Assembly: GCA_951406725.2 (NCBI GenBank)
Contig: OX597821.1
Span: forward strand, 112,654,001-112,718,000
DNA from: Octopus vulgaris
Taxonomy: Eukaryota
DNA length: 64,000 nt
Direction: 5' to 3'
Of this stretch, positions 55,466-64,000 are shown piece after piece (position 1 is the first letter of the stretch; every line of letters begins with the position of its first letter). The notes below the pieces were generated by a model. It did not search any database. It was not told where the DNA came from and saw nothing but the letters and a program-made list of their open reading frames with translations. A program made the position numbers and the translations under genes.

Positions 55466-55860
55466 GTTGCTGTTGCTGTTGCTGTTGCAGTTGAGCGAAC
55501 GGTCTTCGTCCCAGAGCTCGTAAGATGGGAGAAGTCCGAAACGTGGTCCTTTGCTATTCGTAAGACCCTCAGAAGAGAAAGCAGGTCAACCCCCGACACC
55601 GAGAGCATCGACGGATGGATGAATGCACATCCAGGCTCAGCGGTTGCGTAGGAAGTCGGGGACAAGAAACAGGAAGAAAGAGTGAGAGAAAGTTGGAGCG
55701 AAAGAGTACAACAGGGGTCACCACCACCCCCTGCCGGAGCCTCGTGGAGCTTTAGGTGTTTTCGCTCAATAAACACACACAATGCCCGGTCTGGGAATCG
55801 AAACCGCGATCCTCCGACCGCGAGTCCGCTGCCCTAACCTTTGGGCCATTGCACCTTCAC
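55466..55860 (-). mobile_element. Family R SINE with an alternative 3' half
   Basis: The first ~190 nt match 4940-5334 and the remainder is unrelated. TSD-like TGTTT(T/C)TGCTGTTG. Confidence 0.85.
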
Positions 55861-56302
55861 TGTTTCTGCTGTTGAAGCAGTGCTCTCAAAGCTGAGTGCT
55901 TGTGCAATATCCTATAGCTTCGTTAGAGCCATTAAAATGTTGGTTATGTGATTTCTGTTCTTTTGTTATTTATGAACTGATATTGAACTCGGTACTCACC
56001 TAACGCTTTACTCTAAAGCAGTGGCTCACAAACAGGGTCGATATAGTCCCTGAGGGTCAATATAAGACTGGGGCGGGGGGAAGGTCCACATAATAAAATA
56101 ATAAATTGGGGATCTATAATAGTATTTTAAGGGTCACTGAAATTAATTTAGGTACTTATGTAATTGTGAGCAAACGTAGATGCTTTGTCCGTCCTCCTAC
56201 TGATCACCGAATGGAACATTCGGAGGACGAGAGCTGGAGGGTGAAATAGGGTTACACCCGCACCCGGCTGGGACACGGTTGAATAGAACTGAGTCACGCG
56301 AA

Positions 56303-56513
56303 GGCGGCGAGCTGGCAGAAACGTTAGCACGCTGGGCGAAATGCTTAGCAGTATTTCGTCTGGCTTTACGTTCTGAGTTCAAATACCACCGAGGTCGACT
56401 TTGCCTTTCATCCTTACTGGATCGATAAATTAAGTACCCAGTTACGCACTGGGGTCGATCTAATCGACCGGAATCCTACTCTAAAATTTCGGGCCTTGTG
56501 CCTAGAGTAGAAA
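56303..56513 (+). mobile_element. Family N SINE monomer with an 18-bp TSD
   Basis: AGAACTGAGTCACGCGAA at 56285-56302 and 56514-56531. Confidence 0.9.
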
Positions 56514-56956
56514 AGAACTGAGTCACGCGAAATGATGAGCTTTGCCGAAGAACACGACACACTGTATTGTTCGGGAACTGAACCCATAGCATTATGATTA
56601 TGAGCCGAACACCTTAATCGCTAAGCTACGCTTTTTCGTGGCATAATCATTATCACGCCGGACGAAATGCTTAGCGGAATTTCGTCCGCCTCTATATTTG
56701 GAGTTCAAATTTCACCGAGGTCCACTTTGCTTTTCATCCTTTCGGGATCGATAAAATAAGTACCAGTTGAACACTGGGGTCGATGACATCTCTAAATTTC
56801 TGGCCTTGTGCCGATAATGGTAACAATTTCTATTTGTTAATTTCAAATTCACGAGCGCAATATTGTTATTTCATAAGAACGAATATTATATATGAACTGC
56901 ATATTAAATAACATACTGACTGGATGTGGTGCTGTACAACGATAAATATATGTATA

Positions 56957-57004
<48 letters not shown>

Positions 57005-57012
57005 TATACATA

Positions 57013-57048
<36 letters not shown>

Positions 57049-57062
57049 TGTATGTATGTATG

Positions 57063-57097
<35 letters not shown>

Positions 57098-57968
57098 ACA
57101 CACACACACACACATATATATATATAGGTAGAACGATATAAAATGTTATATATGGGTGCGTGTATGTGTGTGTGTGTACAAGTAATATGTATAAATGTAT
57201 TTAACGATATAAGAAGTAATTTATATAAATATATAGATATATGCATATACATACACATATATACATGAGTATATATATACATATACAGTCATGTATATAC
57301 ATATATATATATATATGTATGTACGTACTTATGTATGTATGTACGTATGTATGTAAGTGTGTATGTCTGTCGCTATGTATGTATATATATTCTTCTCGCG
57401 TTATATACAGAAACTAAATACATTTCGTCATTTCATTGTTTCCGTTTCGGTTTTTCATTTCACCTGCATTTTACTTGTATGACAGTGACGCCATTACTGT
57501 CATCTGCGTTGAACTTTGGGCGATATTAAATTTGGAGGCGGCAGTTAATTGATTGCTTTTTGTAACTATGGAATTCCTTCTAACTAAACGTGGCAGCAGA
57601 AAATTACTCTATAATTTGTACGCTTATATTGTTGACTAAAAGAAGAATATCATTCCATATTGGAATAATATTGGAAATGTAAAGAAAGACGGAAATGCGT
57701 AGATGGACCTAATATATTAAATGTTGCTCTTATACATCATTTTTCTCAACCATTTTTCTGTTTCTCAACCATCTTTTACCCATGGATCCCTTCTATTCCT
57801 ATTTTGCTCGGATGGACCTTCGTAGACATTCGATGATTTAAAAATCCTATTATTATATTTTTATAATTAGAATAGGCGCAGTAGCGGCTATGTGGTAAGA
57901 AGCGGCGAGCTGGCAGAAACGTTAGCACGCCGGACGAAATGCATACATACAAATAGATACATACACAC

Positions 57969-58038
<70 letters not shown>

Positions 58039-58160
58039 GAGGGCTTCTTTCAGTTTCCGTCTACCAAATCCACTCACAAAGTTTTGGTCGGTCTGAGGTT
58101 ATAGTAGATGACACTTCAGCGGAACTGAATCCGGAACCATGTGGTTGGGAAGCAAGCTTC

Positions 58161-58567
58161 TTATTTCTTTATTACCCACAAGGGCACAAGGGGACAAACA
58201 AGGACAGACAAACGGATTAAGTCGATTATATCGATCCCAGTGCGTAACTGGTACTTATTTAATCGACCCCAAAAGGATGGAAGGCAAAGTCGACCTCGGT
58301 GGAATTTGGACTCAGAACGTAACACAGACGAAATACCGATTTCTTTACTACCCACAAGGGGCTAAACACAGAGAGGACAAACAAGGACAGACAAAGGGAT
58401 TAAGTCGATTACATCGACCCCAGTGCGTAACTGGTACTCATTTAATCGACCCTGAAAGGATGAAAGGCAAAGTCGACCTCGGCGGAATTTGAACCCAGAA
58501 CATAACGGCAGACGAAATACGGCTACGCATTTCGCCCGGCATGCTAACGTTTCTGCCAGCTCGCCGA
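58161..58567 (-). mobile_element. Family N SINE dimer
   Basis: Two units. Confidence 0.85.
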
Positions 58568-58569
58568 CC

Positions 58570-59050
58570 GTGGCTAGACATTACTAATCGCCAACGACCT
58601 CTCAAACATTTGCCCTTCCGTTCAGGGATAAAACCCACTTCTTCCTTTCGATATGACTGGTTTTCTACAAAACTCACGTGAGATCCACAATAAATAGTTG
58701 CTCCTACATCTATGGTAGCACAGCATTGCATTTGCACACAAAAACACTCTCAATAGTCTCTAGGAAAAGGACAATCGACTGATGGACCGGAAGTCATTCG
58801 CAGTCATGCTGTATGCTGTATCCTCTCTCTGCTTTTTCTACCGCTACTACAATAGCCAAGTCTTCTCCACGAGAAAAGCTGGTCACGAACCATCGACACA
58901 CTGGTTCGACTCACTTATCTCTCTTCCTTTCATCCCCCACATTGTGTCCAATAGCATCACCGGGCAAAGCAGTAACCTCTCAAAATACCCAGTCCTTCCT
59001 CTCTTGAATGTTGACCCCCTGGAAATCCCACCTTTCTCACGTCTTGCTGT
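58570..59050 (+). mobile_element. Degenerate CR1/Jockey-group LINE ORF2 C-terminus
   Basis: YKTHVRSTI..CSYIYG and AVSSLCFFYRYYN resemble YKAQVRP.MEYCSHIWG and VASL.LFYRYY. Confidence 0.55.
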
Positions 59051-59090
59051 AAGTTCTCGACTTGCTGTAATTGAAGTTGTACGTTAATGG

Positions 59091-59355
59091 CATCACTCTC
59101 ATCGGTTAACAATCTCATGAGTCATTTTCATTAGTCATCAATCTGAACGGCTATCAATCTGATCCGTCATAAATCTAACTGGTCGTCAGTCTCATTCGTC
59201 ACAAATGTTATCGGCCATCAATCTCACCAGTCATTAATCTAACTAATCATCAATCTCACCAGTCGTCGATCTCGCTATTCGTCAATCTCATCAGTTATGA
59301 ACCTCAGACATCACCAATCTCACCAGTCATCAATCTCATGTCAGCGATCTCACTA
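59091..59355. repeat. Degenerate 16-bp minisatellite (CAATCTCACCAGTCAT), ~16 units
   Basis: Direct reading. Confidence 0.8.
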
Positions 59356-60498
59356 ACCTCTTTGAAAATACCGTGGAAAAGTCTCGAGATTGATTTAGCT
59401 GCTATTTCTAGCAACTCGACTACAGATAGGCCACCTGCTAGAAATAGATCAACTTGTTAGAAATAGCAACCGAATCACTATCAAAAAATGTCTTGAAAAA
59501 CAAAAACTCAAAAATAATTGGAACACGTTAAGATAAATAAAAATGTATGATGACTTAATGCCACTACACTAATACAATTTTCACTTCTCACTTCGATATA
59601 TACGTTATGGTGGAAAAAAAAAAACTGTAGATAGTGGTTTATTTATTTATCTATGTATTTATTTATTTTTGTCTTCTTTTTATCGATTACTCATTTTCTA
59701 TAAGCGACATACTCAGCATGTACAATTGCTAATACAATTAGTATTTTTATTTTTCATTCTTAACGTAAAATAAAAGTTTAGAATAAAATATATAAATCGC
59801 AAAAGCAGACGTTCATAGTCGTCTGTTCATCTACCGCTGTTCAACATGGCGTCCACAGCATTTTATTATTCACAGTGAGTAATATAACAGAATTGTTACC
59901 AATACTGAATAGAATTTTCTTTTCCCCCTGCTTAGAATGCATGCAAAAAAATATATAGTAACCATTTGGGATATACACATCCTGTCTGTGGTAGGTAAAG
60001 TTCTCTCCTACATTTTTCTGTGCAGGATGTTGTCACCCAACGTTTGATGAACCTAAGCTATTTAGGACATATAAGCTAACTTCACAACGCTACAGACGAG
60101 AAGTGTTACATTTCTTCATCGCTTTTTATTCGAGAGTCTTCCTTTCTCTCTTTGCACCGAAGTCATATGTTACGTAAGCGCTTGTATACGCCTGTGTGTG
60201 TGTGCGCCTGTGTGCGTGCGTATGTATGTATGTATGTATGAAATATATACACATATGTGAGTGTGTCTTAGCGTGCGTGTATGTGCGTGTGTGTCTATGG
60301 TATGTGTTTGGTAAGAGTATGTTCGTGTGTGTTGTGTGGTAGGCAAGCTTTTGTCATTCCTTCTGTTGAGAATCAATTAAGAAGCGAACGTTGCATTGTC
60401 TGCATATACACACACATACAGACACTCGTCCACACATACACTGATACACACACACACACACACATTCTTTTGTTGTCACTTTTTATTATTATATAATA

Positions 60499-60543
<45 letters not shown>

Positions 60544-60949
60544 TCGTGTATACATGTGGATGTATATGTTGTTATAATATATATAGATATATAGTGAACA
60601 ATAGAAATACATACATCATACACACACACATGCACAAATACACACAAACGCATGCACGCACGCACACACACACACACACACACATACACACATACACACA
60701 CATATATATATTGTGTTGTATTGTGAAGTAGATAAAACGTCTTTAACACACTGACAGCTACCATTTTGTTTTAAATACCTTCTGTTAATATACTTCTAAC
60801 GATGAAAGACATGAAAGACACCAACTGCACATGTAGTTAATGCATCAAATTGTAATTCCAAGCTCTTATAACACATGTTATTACTTTTCTTCAATTCTTT
60901 GAGTTTTCTCCTCTTCACTATATGAGTACGAAGTACATTATGTATACCT

Positions 60950-61158
60950 ACCGTATTTGATGGTATCAAAGATACTCGGCAATATAAGACGTACCCCAGT
61001 TTCAGCAGCACACAGTCAGAATTAAAAGAACGTTTTTAGTGCTTTAAAGCCTATGACAGACCCAGTAGCGCACATTGGACTCGGGTGGGGAGATATTTTG
61101 AGGTGTGCTTTTTGGATTAAAAAAAAGGGGTCTTATATACCGAGGCTACAAAACTGTA
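60950..61158. mobile_element. pogo/Tc2-like MITE relic
   Basis: TA-CCGTATTT start, internal ATATAAGAC / GTCTTATAT inverted motifs. Partial copy near 63600-63660. Confidence 0.4.
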
Positions 61159-61185
61159 CGTTGCATCGGGTCGAATCAAACTGTT

Positions 61186-61256
<71 letters not shown>

Positions 61257-61398
61257 CCTTTCTACTAAAGGCACAAGGCCTGAAATTTGAGGGTAAGTCG
61301 ATCATATCGACCCTAGTACTTGACTGGTACTTAATTTATTGACCCCGAAAGGATGAAAACTAAAGTCGACCTCGGTGGATTTTGAACTCAAAACATAA

Positions 61399-61448
<50 letters not shown>

Positions 61449-61485
61449 AGTAACAACAGCAACAACAATAATAATAATGAAGGTG

Positions 61486-61559
<74 letters not shown>

Positions 61560-61564
61560 AAGAA

Positions 61565-61599
<35 letters not shown>

Positions 61600-61626
61600 A
61601 GAAGAAGAAGAAGAAGAAGAAGAAGA

Positions 61627-62536
61627 TAAATGCCTACCTACAAGAAGCTACCAGGCCAACTTCTTAAAAAACGGCAGTAGCCCAACGTGTGTATGTAAAT
61701 AACAAAAGGAAATTATTGATCACGTTGTCTCCATGTGCAGTCTTCTTGCACCAACAGAGTATCTAAACAAGCATGACAGAGCAGCACAGTATACCCACCG
61801 GGTAATTTGCAAAGACTTGGACTTACCCCATGATAAAAACTGGTTAAAAAACCAAACCACCGCCAGTGCTTGAAAATGACAACCTCTCACCCCTTTGGAA
61901 CTTCAACGTTCTAACTGACTGAAAAATAGATGCAAATAGGCCAGATTGAAGGATTTCAGTCAAAAATCATGCCTCCTCATCGATATGACTGTCCCAATCG
62001 ACATAAATGTACCTTGCAAGACCTACCAAAAAACTGAGCAAGTATTGGGATCTTAAAATAGAGATTGGCAAAATGTTGAACCTCACGACTAAAACAATAC
62101 CTGTTGTCATAAGTGCCCTAGGAATGACAGCAAAAGGGGCTGATTGCTACCTAGCTCAGATACCAGGAAATTCAAAAATGGAAGAAATCCAAAAATTAGT
62201 ACTCATGGAAATTCCTGGTATGCTCCGTAAAATATTGTCTCTGTAATCCCCAAAATAATTTAATCTGTAAACATTGTCAAAATACTTTTAAATGTATATA
62301 ATACCAAAAACCCCTTTTACTGTCGTCTTAACACAACACCAACATCTTATAATCAAATTACTTTTAACACAAGCTTCTAATTTACTTAGGTTTTGACAGA
62401 CATTCTCTTGAACAATACTCTGAGCAAAACCAAATTTATGACATCCTAGGCATAGTACCAACTTCTATCTTGTCACTTGAGGCCTCTGGGTGAGACTTGG
62501 AGTCAACTTGTACAAATACAAAGCATAAACAAACAT

Positions 62537-62537
<1 letters not shown>
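61627..62537 (+). mobile_element. R4/Dong-type LINE fragment ending in (TAA)n
   Basis: CKQKEIIDHVVSMC-like knuckle, RHD-like KHD, ANRPD...LIDMTVPID, KYWDLKIEI...IPVVISALG. Confidence 0.85.
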
Positions 62538-62603
<66 letters not shown>

Positions 62604-62605
<2 letters not shown>

Positions 62606-63230
62606 GCTGCCCAGTCCTGGCTAAGAAGGAATATATTCACAGACATGACAGAGTTGGAACCTACATACATTGGAAGCTATGCCAACATTATGGAATAACA
62701 ACAGAAAAAAAGATGGTATAGGCACACACCAGAAAAGGTCACAGAAAACGAGAAAGCAACCATACTCTGGGATATGCCGATACACACAGATAGAGAAATT
62801 AAGGCCAACAGACCAGATATAGTTGTCAGAGATCATGAAGAAAAAAAATGCTTTTTAATTGATGTATCAATACCGGCAGATGACAACATGTCTCTAAAAG
62901 AAATGGAGAAACTCTCAAAATACAAAGACCTGGAAATAGAGGTAACTAGAATGTGGAATCTGAAAACAGAAACAATTCCTATCATAGTAGGTGCATTAGG
63001 CATGATAAAAAAATATTCAGACAAATACATAACAAAAACACCAGGACTTACAAACACATATAACATACAGAAAATTGCACTACTAGGCACTGCCCACATC
63101 CTACGCAGAACACTTTCCATACAATAACCATCAGAGCATCACAACAAATCACAGCACATACCCAAGGCACACAGAGCTGCGCTCGATAGTAAAGTGAAAG
63201 CACGCTATAAAAATAAAAATAAAACTACTG
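62604..63230 (+). mobile_element. R4/Dong-type LINE fragment in (TAA)n with a well-preserved RLE domain
   Basis: CPVLAKKEYIHRHD...ANRPDIVVRD...LIDVSIPAD...EKLSKYKDL...IPIIVGALG...LLGTAHILRRTL. TAA repeats on both sides. Confidence 0.92.
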
Positions 63231-64000
63231 AATAATAATAATAATAATATTAGTAACAGCAGCAATGACAACAACAACAACAACAGCAATAATAATAGCA
63301 ATAAAAATAACAATAACATATGAATGTACACACACACACACACACACACTCACACACACACACACACATACATAAGGCTATATATATATATATATTATAT
63401 ATATGTATATGTGTGTATATTGGCCTGCTCGTTTAGCCAGCGGGGTGGCGTCCTTTGAAGGCTAAAACAATGCGAAGCGCATTGTGACCAGCGATGTGTA
63501 ACAACATCTGATAGCCTGGTCGGTCACGGGAATCACGGTGATATGTGTGTGTATATATTATATGTATTAGTATCAATGTATGTACTACAGTTGTTGACAA
63601 AAGACTGACGGGTATTTTAGACACACCCCAGTTTCAGCAACATACATTAAGGATTAAAAGTTGTTAGTGGGAGGCCCAACTTCGCATATAAGAATTGGTT
63701 TTTTTTCTTTTGTTTGTTTCAGACCATATCTTTCTTTTGTTTTTTGTTTTTTGTCGGGAAGTAAAATATGCGTTTTTTACCATCAAACATAGTATATTAT
63801 TGAATCGAGTCAACTAACCTACCCTATGTTTGTATTTAAAGGATGGAGAGCGAACGAATAATAGACGATCATCAACCAGTGGTGCCCTTGGTGGTTGGAG
63901 TGATCTAGGGCCTGTGGTGCCCTTAGCGACTCCTAGTGGTATTTATCTCTTTGGAAGAAATTTTGGTGATAACTTTCATGTTAATCGTTATATTTTTCTA

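Noticed and set aside
56190-56230. CTGATCA followed by a CCGAATG/CATTCGG hairpin
   Set aside because: No GAAA or NUH; it is a simple hairpin.
62774-63127. 117-aa clean ORF as a host nuclease gene
   Set aside because: It is the RLE domain of a 5'-truncated LINE, with an upstream frameshift and TAA flanks.

Overview
AT-rich, non-coding animal DNA with no host protein-coding exon that I can support. Almost all ORF-track entries are microsatellite read-throughs. The SINE repertoire resembles what I recall from octopus (coleoid cephalopod) genomes; this is an inference, not a database result. The window is a mosaic of several components. (1) Microsatellites of TA, CA, TACA, GATA, TAA, CAT, CAC and TAG. 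(2) Three tRNA-derived SINE families, one forming 184-bp head-to-tail multimers. (3) About ten 5'-truncated R4/Dong-type (RLE) LINE ends sitting in (TACA)n or (TAA)n. (4) DNA-transposon relics: a DD37D maT element, a mariner, and Tigger-, hAT-, piggyBac-, Merlin- and Helitron-like MITEs. The most notable signal is a set of about 10 type-I hammerhead ribozyme motifs from about 7 sequence families. They lie in short Penelope-like or retrozyme-like units, mostly inside or beside (TA)n tracts and often in fold-back arrangements. One is linked to a GIY-YIG C-terminus and an embedded tRNA-like Pol III promoter. All structures were folded by eye, and ribozyme activity is untested.
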